This document shows positions 50,101-63,209 of a DNA stretch of 64,000 nucleotides, piece after piece. The translations under genes and the position numbers were made by a program. Within the stretch, counting starts at the first letter, position 1. Each line of letters starts with the position of its first letter. The stretch is from Macrostomum lignano (lineage: Eukaryota). The DNA lies in the NCBI GenBank assembly GCA_002269645.1, contig NIVC01001112.1, positions 1 through 64,000 on the forward strand. The letters run 5' to 3'. The notes beneath the pieces are model-generated. The model was not told the DNA's origin and made no database searches. It was given only the letters and a program-made list of their open reading frames with translations.

Positions 50101-50706
50101 GCAACTGCAGATCTGGGAGGCTGGCACAGCAACTGACACACTGGGAGGCTGGCACAGCAACTGACACACTGGGAGGCTGGCACAGCAACTGACACACTGG
50201 GAGGCTGATCCAGCAACTGGGGATCTGGGAGGGCGATGGTGGCTCGGAAGCTGAGAACCTGTGAGCTGTGTCTGTGGCTCAGCAACAGAAAACCTAGGCT
50301 AGCCTATCCAAAAGTTCATCTTGCAGCCCAAGCCAAGAATCAGCCTCGGCTACTGGGAGAGCTGCTCACAAGGTCAGTGTCGGCTCGGTGCAGCTCGAAC
50401 TCAGCTCGAATCCACTGACGCAGCTCCCTTCGTTGGTTTGAATCGGCCACTTTGCCTGCAGTTCGCAGCAGCGACCGGTAAAGCTGGCGAGTTTCTGCCT
50501 TTAAAATAAACTGAAAATGGATGCATATTGAGCATAAAACAGTAATGGCTACTCATAGTAGTATATACCAGCATATATAACAAAAAATGTAAAGCCATAG
50601 GCACATCTAAAATGTGTGCCATATGAACCAACGCTTCCATTGAATTATGGTAAAAGATAATTGATCCAATAGAAAGGGTACTTACATGTTTTAAACTATT
50701 GCTCAT
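47168..50706 (-). CDS. LYRM2: LYR motif-containing protein 2 (mitochondrial), 79 aa, 3 exons; not in the ORF track
   Basis: Exons 50686-50706 (MSNSLKH, GTAAGT donor), 50370-50510 (FILKAETRQLYRSLLRTAGKVADSNQRRELRQWIRAEFELHRADTDL, GTGAGC donor), 47168-47245 (DSIKAALANGKQAKSKLEQMISSST*). All phase 0. The LYR motif, W.R.EF and I...L..G spacing match LYRM2. Confidence 0.88.
48630..48700 (+). mobile_element. Tc1/mariner-like terminal fragment
   Basis: tattgggttgtccagaaagtt resembles mariner TIRs; no matching second end found. Confidence 0.35.
49093..49256. mobile_element. Nested MITE with ggttcggg repeats
   Basis: TIR taggggtgttcggg; 8-bp TSD ttcaatac (49085-49092 / 49257-49264). Confidence 0.9.
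49474..49780. mobile_element. Nested foldback-type MITE with GGGG termini and a ~38-bp TIR
   Basis: ggggttgctttcacaagctcgaaatttcacatcctcgaa versus the inverse of ttcgaggttgtgaaatttcgagcttgtgaagcgacccc; internal cctaac motifs; only an imperfect flanking duplication (aaatgaa / aaatgca). Confidence 0.75.
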
Positions 50707-50939
50707 TATGGGTAAAAAGTTTCACTAGATTGATAGAATTGATTTTGTTCTTTCCAATGAATTTTTGTTTCTGAAATAAGGAAGTTACGATAAAAGTTAT
50801 TAGGATCTTTATCATTTATTATACAGACTTAAAAACTATAAAGAATTTCTGAGGTAAGGTTCTAGATAAAAAAATTAGTTCAAGCCTAGTATTTAAATCT
50901 ATACCTATAAAAATAAAAATATGTAAATTAAAGAACTAA

Positions 50940-51135
50940 GGGGTTATAGCCTAGTGGTAAGAGCATTGAACTCACAACTTGAAGGTTGGAAGTTTGATTC
51001 TCAATCCATTCAAAATAATTTATGTCTTTGAGCAATACACTTAACTCTGTATTACTTTAGTTTATCTAGCTATAAAATAGGTGCTAGCATTAGCTATGCC
51101 TATGCCTGGTAATTGCCTAGTCCTTGGACTAAATA
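50940..51135 (+). mobile_element. Decayed tRNA-derived SINE
   Basis: A-box tagcctagtgg, B-box-like gtttgattc, followed by tgtctttgagcaatacacttaac, which resembles conserved SINE core domains. Confidence 0.55.
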
Positions 51136-51283
51136 GCCAGATACAACCTTCAGATGTGCCACACAATAGCTGCAGCTGAGTTGTTGGTTGTAAATTTGGC
51201 CCAATTGGGACAGGTGTAATCAATTACTACATTAGGCCTATTATTATTTAAAAAACTAGCATCAAAGCAAGGAATATTAGAAA

Positions 51284-54200
51284 GGTGTAGGACCAAGACC
51301 GCCACACACCAAGACCGCCACACTTGGGGAGCTAGGGGGAGGAATTTGGCTCGCCATGTTATTGGATGGTGCTGGGGGAGGGGTGAGATGGGGACGACAA
51401 GGCCGCGAGAGAGGAACCGGTGAGCGGGCCGGGTGGGTGAGTGAGCCCTCCTCGTTTTTTTCATTCAATTTGAATTGTAAAGGAACTATCAATCCTAAAT
51501 AAACAGCTACTATTAGTAGAAAGCTGTGAAAAAGGCTCTTGACTTAACTGCATTCTTAATTCGCAGTTTCGAATGTGGTCCTTGAGTTGGTTGTCATTGG
51601 TATAATTTGTTATAATGTGAGTTTTCATGTGTGATTCGAGCATGTCCGATTGCCAATGCAAATTTGCCAATTCGATCGCAGGCAGGCAGGTTAACATGCA
51701 CTTGTATTTAGAGGTTACGGGATGGTGAGTCGTGCAGCCATACCGTTTTTATTATGTGTACATGTACAGGCTTCCTATAAAAACGACACTAAAGTAGTCC
51801 GTGATTTGTACGAGCTGGGCCTCGATCGAGTTGTACGAGGCCTGTTAAGCAGCTTTCATGCTCACTTTAAATCACTCAATCACTAACTCACTCACTCTCT
51901 CACCCTCTACATGTATCTCACTCGCTCACTCACTCACTTGCACACTGATCACTCACTCAAAAGTTACTCTAATCGCTCTTAATACAATCAAAATGTATGG
52001 CAAAATTACTATATCTGCATGTACTAATGAGGTAGAACTACTAGATTGCATAATCACTGTTTAAACTGCGCACAGAATAGCTTGCGCAAAAAAGTTCAAA
52101 TTTAATTTCAATACACGACCCCATCTCTGTTTGTGATCCCTCTCTACTACATCTTTGTCTCTCCTTCTGATAGTTTAAATCAAAGCGACTTCTTTTCCAG
52201 CTTTGCATAACACTATCATAAATTAGCTACTCCAGCAATAGCATATTGTCAGGCAAGGTAACAAAAATTTATCACTTTTTTAGGATGAATGCATTGACAG
52301 CTTGATTGGTTAGCCAACTGTCTCAGGGTTCTTATTAAATCAAGACAGGAAGCAAATACTCTCCACCCAGTTACCACGAATAGATCGTATAGTAACAAAA
52401 ACAGCTGTACTTAACTTGTTATCTCTTATAGGTTCTGAAATTCATCGCTTATAGGCTACATGCAACGGCCGTGCATTTTTAAAATACCAAGCCATAAATC
52501 TTAAACGGAACGAGGGGCGCACTCAAAAAATTTTAGGGGGGGGGGTGTTACGGAGAGAGGTGGCACTGGCAAGAGGGGGCAGACCCCGGAATTTTCCTCC
52601 CTTGACCCCTCCCCCTCTGGGTGCAACCCCTGAACTGCATGGACTCGAGTCGAGCTTAAAAAAACTGTTTGTATATATAACTGTGAGTTCCAATTAATGT
52701 ACTGAGTTCAAAAGGAGGGCACAAAAAAGATTTGGATAGTAACGGATTTTTTACGAGGGGCCGGCGTTAGAGATATAGCTATCAAATATTTCAAAATAGC
52801 TGCGGGTATTCAATATAGTGTGATCAGATTGAATTCAATTAAATTCTGAGCAACGTACGAGCGTATGTGGGCGTGGCATCTAAATTGCAGTTGGTGTTCC
52901 CATGTGTAATAGTGCAACCAAGCGAGGTCCCTGGAGCGAAAACCTGGATCTGCCAAGTACAGCATGAGCATGAGGTCATGACCTCAGAAGTACATGCAAA
53001 CTTTGATGGGACTAAAAGAAGTCTATCTAAAATAAAAAATGATTGTGCCATTGGTCCGATCTTATGGTATTTTGCATATTTCGCATGTCCGATACTAGCT
53101 ACAACTGTACTAACAGATGAATGCAAGCATTTTGCAAAAGTATGCAACCATTGTTTTCTAACAATTTGTTCGCAAATCTCCCTTCGATCTGCCCTATCCA
53201 CTGATATCTTCAAGTTTGCATATTTTTCACCTAATTCAAGCATCTCCACCGCATGGACTCCCGAAATATAAACGGAGCGCATCACACCGCAATACTTATT
53301 TGCGAGCGGCAAGGCTCAGACCACAGTTTGCAGTGCTTTAAAAACGGCTTTTTGATTTCGCAAATATTTCCTTTTTGCATAACGCTGAATGTGATTTCAG
53401 CTGCAAAAATTTGACTGCTATTGATAATTCCTGATCGGCTAGAAAAAACGTCACAGATAGATTGGAAAACGTGTACATGTACATGTACCTTGCACTCATA
53501 TGCACATACGTGCATCTCTGTATTAAATTTATTACATTAAATGTATCAAGAAGTTTGGTATATTTTGAAGAGATGTCAGAATTGTCAAAATCAGTATTTA
53601 TCGATCAGTACCCTTTGAAAAAATGCATGTACATGTAGCTCACACTGTACCTGTGCAAAGTTGCCGCAGTGCGCGAGAGTAAAGGATATTTGCATTTAAA
53701 AATCGGAGGCAAAAGATCAAATGTGTGAAAAATTCTGTAATTTATTATAGTGCCTGAAATTCAGAAATGAATTAAAAGCGAGAGAGTGAGTGAGTGAGTG
53801 AGTAAGAGAGTGAGAGTGAGAGAGTGTGTCAGTGTGGGAGTGGGTGTGAAATGAGTGAGACAGAGAGAGTGAGAGTGAGAGAGATCGAGATCTCTTAACC
53901 CCTCTCCATATATTCTCTCATTACATGTGCATGTAAATTTACTCTCATCCCCTCCCTTTGCTTTCTCCGAAATTCCCGGCTTTGAGTACACAATAAAATA
54001 CACACAGTGCTCGTGCTCGTACATTTCCAGACATGTAACATATCATAGGCATTGGGCCTAAGATGCGCTTTTTCTGTTATGTGAGTGAACGATAGTTGTT
54101 AACTTGCTTTCGTCAAAATACATGTAAACCTTCGTCAAAATGAATGACACCTCTAAATCCACATACCATAGCACATATCAAGACGCTTAGATTTGTTTGT

Positions 54201-54604
54201 CCGTAATGCACTACGCACCCAGACGCCGAATATACGAATGTGCGAGCTCGTAAAAAACTTTTCAAATTACAGCAACCTGCAATTGCATTTTGAGAGGCGC
54301 TTTTTTGAAAGTGAAGTTAAATCTAATTACTCAAGCTTTTGCTCTCAAAAGCATTATTCATGCTCATCTACTGCTAAAAGTAACAAATTGTGGTTTTGTT
54401 AAAGATATTGTTAAAATTGCCTGGTTGACTTGCAATCGTTTTGGGCCACTTATTCGTGACCAATCTTGGGACGCTTCCTCCTCATCTAACTCCACAACCC
54501 ATCACAACCAATAGCAATGCTGGAAGATTAGTAGCTCCCCCTCAATTCCAGTAGCCAGTAAGAGCTGTGGCGGTCTTGGTGTGTGGCGGTCTTGGTCATG
54601 CGCC
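51284..54604. mobile_element. 3.3-kb TIR element with GG termini and an 8-bp TSD (Merlin- or MULE-like; no recognisable transposase)
   Basis: TIR core accaagaccgccacacaccaagaccgccaca is perfectly inverted at both ends; TSD attagaaa (51276-51283 / 54605-54612). Confidence 0.82.
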
Positions 54605-56305
54605 ATTAGAAAGGCGATTAGAAATATCTCCAAAATTTTATTCATCATTTAGTTTTTCAATTAAAATTTTTATTTAGAAGTTATTTTTAATTTATATATA
54701 AAAATTTTATAGACCTAGATAGCAGCATGTGGCATAAATTGCCTGCATCATGGTGATCAAATGATACATTTTTATTTTCAATTGCAAGAAAATATATTCA
54801 GTATGCCCTAAGTGTAATAAGAACATTGTAGCAAAACAAATGATAAATAGAAAAAAATTCTAAATATAAAAGCATAACAATTAGGAGTTTGTCTAAGGCC
54901 TAATTATAAATAGATGCTTTTAGATGGAAGAACAGGTTATAAAAAAAACAAAGGCTAGCGATAGCGATTCATTCAATAGCTACATTGCTAAATGTTTAGC
55001 TGCCTATAGGGCAAGAAAACAAAGTCAAAGCTAAAACTGGGGCTTAGCTAAAAGCTGATAAAGCTAGGCCTACCTTTCTCATAGTTACAGGCACAGACAG
55101 TTAGCGTCCAATAACTAATCCATCCATACAATCCATTCGTGAATAAATTATGTTTTCATACTAAACTGAAAGTGAACACGTGTTGAACTTGTTTATTACA
55201 ACGTTATAACAATTTAACTTTCCAGCAGGTTTCAGCAGGCGTTTTCAACACATAATTTTATTAGATTTTAGTTGCGTAACAGGTGGCTTTACTAAACAAT
55301 ACTTTGACATCTATTCCAATTCACACTAGTGAAAAGGATGCCTAAATAATAGCATCATGCATAGTTTGCCGTAACTATACATCGAATGTCAAACTGGCCA
55401 TGTTATTCAATTGTCGCATGCGTATAACTATAAGAATGTTGTAGATTCTGAGTATGCAAAGTATGATTAAATGGAGCACTGGGCTTCCTTAACGGGTCCG
55501 AGGCTCCGTAATTCAACTTAAACTACCCCACATGTATAAATTTGTACATACATGTACGTTGTACCTGTACAGTTACATGGAACTATATATGTACTGTATT
55601 TATTTATTTGTGTTAAATTTACACATGTACATGTAAGACATGAGATCCTTAGAATAACATAAGCAACGTGATTTTAAATTTATTGGCAGGTGAGAATAAA
55701 TTTTATTTATACAGTAAATTTCACTGCTAAACCAGCAGCAGCTGAAGCTTAATTCCTCTCATTTTGTCGAATTCGCAAAAAATCTTGACTCAAATGCAAA
55801 GTGAATCTAATCGATTGTCCTAAATAGCAACATTTTCTGTACGATTATTACCCAGCAACAAACAACTTAACGGTGACATGTTTTTGGTAATGCTCTCTGT
55901 TTGCCTGCTGCTTCTACATATTGTACATTGCACATGTAACTTGTTATCGGAAGCCAATGTAATTAAACGATCACACTGAGACAGCTGTAATATGCAGCAT
56001 ATGAACTCTGTGATATTTTCTCGTTACATGTTGTCGGTTTCCCAGGTAACAATACTCGCTATATGGACCGACAGAACTCAACGTGTCCATCGATTTAGCT
56101 ACGACCGACGTTCCCGACGTCGATCTACGTCCCTGAAAGTAAGTAATTTTACTTTTAGATTTACATCGACGGCTAACTATACTTGGCTGAAGTCGGTGAA
56201 TGTAAAACTATTACATAGTTTTCACTGCGACGTCTGTGCTTTACACTGCATCAACAACGTATAACGACGCCCTACATAGGTGAACGTCGGTGCATGTAAT
56301 GTATC

Positions 56306-56676
56306 CAAGCGCGTCGCCACCGGGGATGGGGGGACATGCCATGCTTGTCCCCCCACCCCACCTTGTGCAGACTCGTTGTGGTAAATCAATAGTTTTTATT
56401 CAGGGCGCCAAAATATAGAGCTTACGGCGCTAAAATGAGTGCCTGGGGCGCCAAAATGAGTGCCTGCGGCGCCAAAAGTAATGCCTGGGGCGCCAAAAGG
56501 AGTGCCTGCGGCGCCACAAGTAATGCCTGCGACGGCAAAATGAGTATGCAGCGCCAAAATGAGGGTTGACAACACGATTCTCAAAATAATTGAAATGTAG
56601 GAATTTATTCATGCACATGTACATGTTGAATTCTTGGCTTTGTCCCCCCACCATAAAATCTATGGTGACGCCCCTG
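56306..56676. mobile_element. Short copy of the same MITE family with only ~8 array units
   Basis: TIR caagcgcgtcgcca versus caggggcgtcacca; perfect 8-bp TSD aatgtatc (56298-56305 / 56677-56684). Confidence 0.85.
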
Positions 56677-58106
56677 AATGTATCAGTATATACACGTAAT
56701 TGTCATTGACGTCGACAGACGTTAGGATCGAACGTCGGATTGCTGAACGGGTAATTTGCTAAGTGAGGTTTAATTAGACCGTCAATACATGTAAAAGCAT
56801 GAAATATCTATTAATGCAAAGATTAAACTCTAATAATAGAATATTTTTTCAAGCGTGCTTTTAGATGCATAAAAGTAAGAATAAAATTAATCTTTTTAAA
56901 TTTCGTTTTTAATTAATCTATTGAATAAGCCCGCTATTGATTTTGTGTGTGCTAAACCAGCCATTGAGGCAACTTGTGTTAGAATGTTTCGAATGTATCG
57001 AACAATTTAGTAAGTATACCGTACATATTACTTTTTGTTAACTTGCATTTCCCAGAGCAGTTATTGCATTTGGCAATTGGCATTGCATTCGTGTCCAATC
57101 TGATTTGCTACGGCACAAATTAATGGCAGTTTCTTTCTAAACGCGCGGTCTTTACAGAAACTGACTCGAACGCCAGCATTTTATAGCTCGCGTATAGTTA
57201 GCTTGATGAAAATCGAAACTATATAGCTATAGCTTATCCTGTCAATGTATATTTAACAATACTCACACGACAACCGGCAAGTATGTAATGAATCTTTAAA
57301 CAATGGGGAAGCGCACAGACGAATGCTATATTATTAACATATGACAAATAAAAAATATACTTCCAAGGCAGTTGACACCATTCACTTGAAGTTAAAAAAG
57401 TGATCAGATTTCAGGGGCTTCAATTCGGCGAATTTATCTGGATAAAACAAACAAATATAAATAATGTGCTGATAAATTGTTGCATAAACTGTAAGGGAAA
57501 TATTGAAAGATTCTGCAGAAGCATTTCAGGCAAATACACTTTTATTCTAAATTGTCAATCGATATGGCCAAATGAATCTGTGAATGAAGCAACATAAAAA
57601 GGATAAAAACACATGCATTATGTATGTAGTAGCTAATTGAATTTTTAACTCGACTCAAGAGAGCGCTATCAATGTGAGAACGTATTTGGAGTGCGAATCA
57701 TTAATAGTGACCAATAACTGATGGCTATATTATCATTTCGACACTGCAGTAACTATAAGAGCAGATATTATTTTGTACTTTACATCCAAACCAGAGGTAA
57801 AAGCATCAGCACAGCATCCTCAGGATAAAAACTTTTGGGGCAGACAAGCAAGTAAAATTAGCAGAATTAATTACGTTTTACCTGTAAAACTTCTTAACCT
57901 ATTATTATCATCTATTATCTCTGAGTGTTACAACTTTCACTCTCTATGCAGTATATAACACATTCTCGGAATTCACTGCAGCAGCACTTGTTGTTGCATT
58001 TCCATAGTAAATGTTTGGTAGCAAACACACGGTTCGCAAGTGGCTACGCTCTCCCTCTACACACATGCCGACTAAAAACGCCCTCTATAAAGCCCTAAGC
58101 ACGGAC

Positions 58107-60149
58107 TTAACTGTCGCGTAGTCGCTTGAGCAGATAGTTCTCAATGTCATTTGGTCGGCCAGTGTAGCCATTCGCTAGACGACTCAAGCCAGCGTTCAAA
58201 GCGATGAACTGGTCCAGACTGAGGCAGTGCTGACCGCTGACGCGCCTGCCAAACCGGCGGAGCATCTGCTCGCAGAAGCCGCGCGAGAATCGCAACGGAG
58301 CGTGCACTGTGTTGAGCGAGTCGAGCAACTCGTCCAGCTCGATGGTGCCGCTGTTGTCGGCGTCGTGGCGTAGGAAAATTTCGCGCCACCTTCGAACATA
58401 ATGATAGAGCTGGACAAATTCGGAGAGTTCGATTTCGCCGTTGGCATTGTCGTCGAACATGTTTACCTGAGGGATTGAATGAGAGGGCTTCAGTTAAAAC
58501 TTTTTTCTTGTGTTTTAAGTTTCGATAGATTAGTTTGTTATTAGCTATATAGTTACAGGTAGTTTTTTCCTAGTGAGCACGTTGGGACGGTGCTCCGAAT
58601 CAAGATGACAGTGGGTCAGTAACCATGCAGTGAGTTTCTCATCTTCTGATACGTAAACATGTACATGTACACCCGTGCCTTGCGGGTTGGCCCTCATGGG
58701 GCGAGAATAGCACACGCTCCAGGACAACTTTTAGGTGCGTCAATTATTCCTGAAGTATACTGTCCGAAACTGCAATAGCTATTTTGGCATTTTAGTGAAG
58801 TATACTGAAGATTTAATGTCTTTTAATAGACCTAATTGATCCCAATAGTAAGTCCAGTACCATCTACGGCTCATTCAAATCCGGCGGTAAACATATGTGA
58901 CTCTCGCAACTGTGCGCGCTTGACGAACGAAAATTTGTGCCATTCGCGCCCATGAGGATCGACCAAACCCATATTTGAAGCACATAGTGTGGCAAATTGA
59001 CTGAAAATCAGAAGGTCGGCTTCTGTACAACCTGCGTGAGCGCGTGCCTGCCCCTCATCCATTACGAGTAGTACAACGGACATCTGCACTTGCTAGCCTC
59101 CTCGCTATCAGCTGTCGCATGTGATTTGCGATAATGCCAAAAAACTAATTTTCTGATATTCTGATATGATATTCTGAGAATGGTGACAAATTCCTCCGTT
59201 GAGTCCGGTTGAAAAATCATCCTTAATTACCTCTTGTTAAAGTCGCCTAACGTTTTCAAGACTGTTACCCATTATCAACCCTCAATAACCGCTAAGATGC
59301 CGATCCAAGTCATAAAACCTTATTAGTGCAATATGATTAATCGGCTAGAATCGAGCTTACCAGAGTCTTACAAGTCTTAGAACTGAACGGTTGATAGTTT
59401 TCATCTAGCAGAGCCTGCTGCAATTCTTCGGCAGTAATGTGCCCATTGCCGTCCTCGTCTACGGCGTAGAACCAGACGCTGATGTCGTCGTCTGATGACT
59501 GATGCTGCTGTGGCTGATAGGGCGGCTGCTGTGGCTGATAGGGCTGCATCTGTGGCTGCATATACTGCTGAGGGGCCTGTGGGTTCGGCTGAGGCTGATA
59601 TGGGTACTGCGGATGTTGCTGTGGATACGGCTGTGGCTGCTGGTACAGCTGCTGGTACAGCTGCGACGCTGACGGAGGCGGCGCAGAAGGCGGAGCGCCC
59701 CAAACGCCACTAGTAGCCTCCATGTAGGACGGCGGCTGCTCCGGGAACGGCCCGGTTGGTTGCGGCGCCGGCGGCCCAGGCGGCTGCGGTCCCTGATTTT
59801 TGCGACCCTGAGACTGACGGATGAGTATTTGCTAGTGTAAGTGTTTTTTTTAAAGCAACGAGTAATCAACAGATTTTGAGTCCAGCTGGAGCTTTTTGTC
59901 GTGTCCGATTTCACAACCATGCGGCCTAACCTACAATATCACTGCGTGTGTGCACTGTATATTTAGAAAGTCAGGGCTTCTGTATACTCGTACTGGCACT
60001 GTGACCTCTGTGACATCATCCCTGTGTGAGTGCGTTTTCAGACAAGACTAAGGTGTACTTCACAACTAATTTGTAGTTAGGCCGCCTCTCAATAGGAAAA
60101 GAAACAATTTTCACATGGGACACAGGAAGTTTATCGACAGGCTTACCAT
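58107..60149 (-). CDS. PEF1: Penta-EF-hand Ca2+-binding protein with a long Pro/Gln/Tyr-rich N-terminus (peflin/ALG-2 family)
   Basis: Exons 58107-58466 (MFDDNANGEIELSEF, DADNSGTIELDEL) and 59361-~59813/59831 (WFYAVDEDGNGHITAEELQQAL; in frame for 90-108 nt upstream of the track's ATG), plus a probable ATG-only exon ending at 60147 (ATG|GTAAGC). PEF1 versus PDCD6 assignment is tentative. Confidence 0.85.
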
Positions 60150-61750
60150 ATAGTTAGTCAGTAGTGTTTTCCTGCTGAATTTATTGTCGAAAATTGAAGC
60201 CCGTTGAAGGAATTGTTATCGGTACGCGCTCTATTTACCGTATTAGCGCAGAGTGTAGGGTTATATTGCAGATCTAGATTTCTGAGTTCGTTTACGCTGA
60301 GTGGAGGAGCGAAACTGAGAGAAAGAAAACCTGAGTACAACTGCTCGAATGACGTGGGCAAGTTGGTCTGTTGTTTAGCGCCAGAAAACTTTCCATGACA
60401 AATTTCAGTGACGAAAGGCCGCGCAGTCCATGTACGTACTGTGCTCAAATTCGAATCTCGGTTCGACTTGGCCAGGTAACTCTCGTCTCTTTCTCTCTCT
60501 GTCTCTCTAGCTGTTTCATCTGTTTTTCATTTACTTCTTTCTCGCCTCAAACTGCTGCAGACACCATAGATTCTTCTCTATCCCTGACGAATGCTCGTAC
60601 GCATTCTAATTTCTAAAATCTTCAGGTTACGTCTTCTATAGCTATTCGTAAATATTCTCTCTGCTCTGTGGCACTACCATTCCCTTGTAAGCCTAATTTA
60701 GCAAGCGATGAGATGGCTCATAAAATCTAGACCAACTGCAGCTTTAGTGGATACGAGTTATCTTTGACTGGTATTAGAGTAATGTTTTCTTCTTGCGCCC
60801 CTAAAGTGGCAGTTTTTGGTATAATGAGTTTCAAAATTAAAAGTTGGCTCTGTTAATGGCTACGTGCACTGCACTTTCATAACAAAATGGGTCATCAATA
60901 CCGCTCATCCAACTCCAAGTTATAACCAGTATTTCTATTGGAGGGGCCGAATATGGAGGTCTATATGGAGGTGCGCTCTGATGTGCCAGCGGCCAAAGGC
61001 TCGATTCCAAGTGCAGTCACAAATTTTTTGGGGCCATAAATTGGAGTCTCAACCCGCGCAATTAACGGCCGTGTGGGCCAACCCCTGAGCCTATTGCACA
61101 GGATCGAAATTATGCCATAAAAATTAGCGGAATGTTTTAAATTTTAACCAAAATTGATGATAAGCAAAGGTTGAAGACGACGGCAAAGTCATACACACGT
61201 GTGTTTTATTTATGTATTATTGCATTCGCTACTAATAAACCCTACGCGAAGGAATTGCTATTGAATTATAATTACATTTATAATTAATAGCTATATACGA
61301 GCTATAGTCCATCAAAATTGAATGACAGCCAAGTGAGCGATAGACGTGACATGACAGGTACATGTAAATAAATAGACACATATAAGCAGGTTAAAATACA
61401 TGTACAGCGACGATACGAGTATGTAACAATAGTGAGCATGTAGAGTAGCTGAATTGTTTATTCATTGCACATTTTGAGTTTCATTGAATTTTCAAATATT
61501 ATTGACAAATGAAATCATCAAGGAATGTAGATGCATATAGAAGATTGCAACACTTCAATAAAAATTCGTCTAAATTTGTTTAAACGCCTCGTTTTGATGT
61601 TTTACAATCCAAGCCTTACCGAAATAGGAAGTTTCCAGTTTTTCTTGGAAACAAGTTCGTTTCTAGGAAAATGTAAACTCCATCGCGTCAATGCATTTCC
61701 AATAAATTTTCAAGCATTACATCCTCATTTCAATGATCCATAAGCAGAAC

Positions 61751-63209
<1,459 letters not shown>

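Larger units (their letters stand above)
47310..50232. repeat. 28-bp minisatellite in LYRM2 intron 2, split by the hAT insertion
   Basis: Arrays at 47310-47855 and 50028-50232; reverse complement of the 2560 array. Confidence 0.95.

Noticed and set aside
50940-51010. tRNA gene
   Set aside because: The B-box and acceptor stem are degenerate and it is followed by a SINE-like body; called as a SINE instead.
58680-58970. Weak inverted repeat in the PEF intron (gggttggccctcatgggg / cccatgaggatcgacc)
   Set aside because: Only roughly 75% match and no TSD found.
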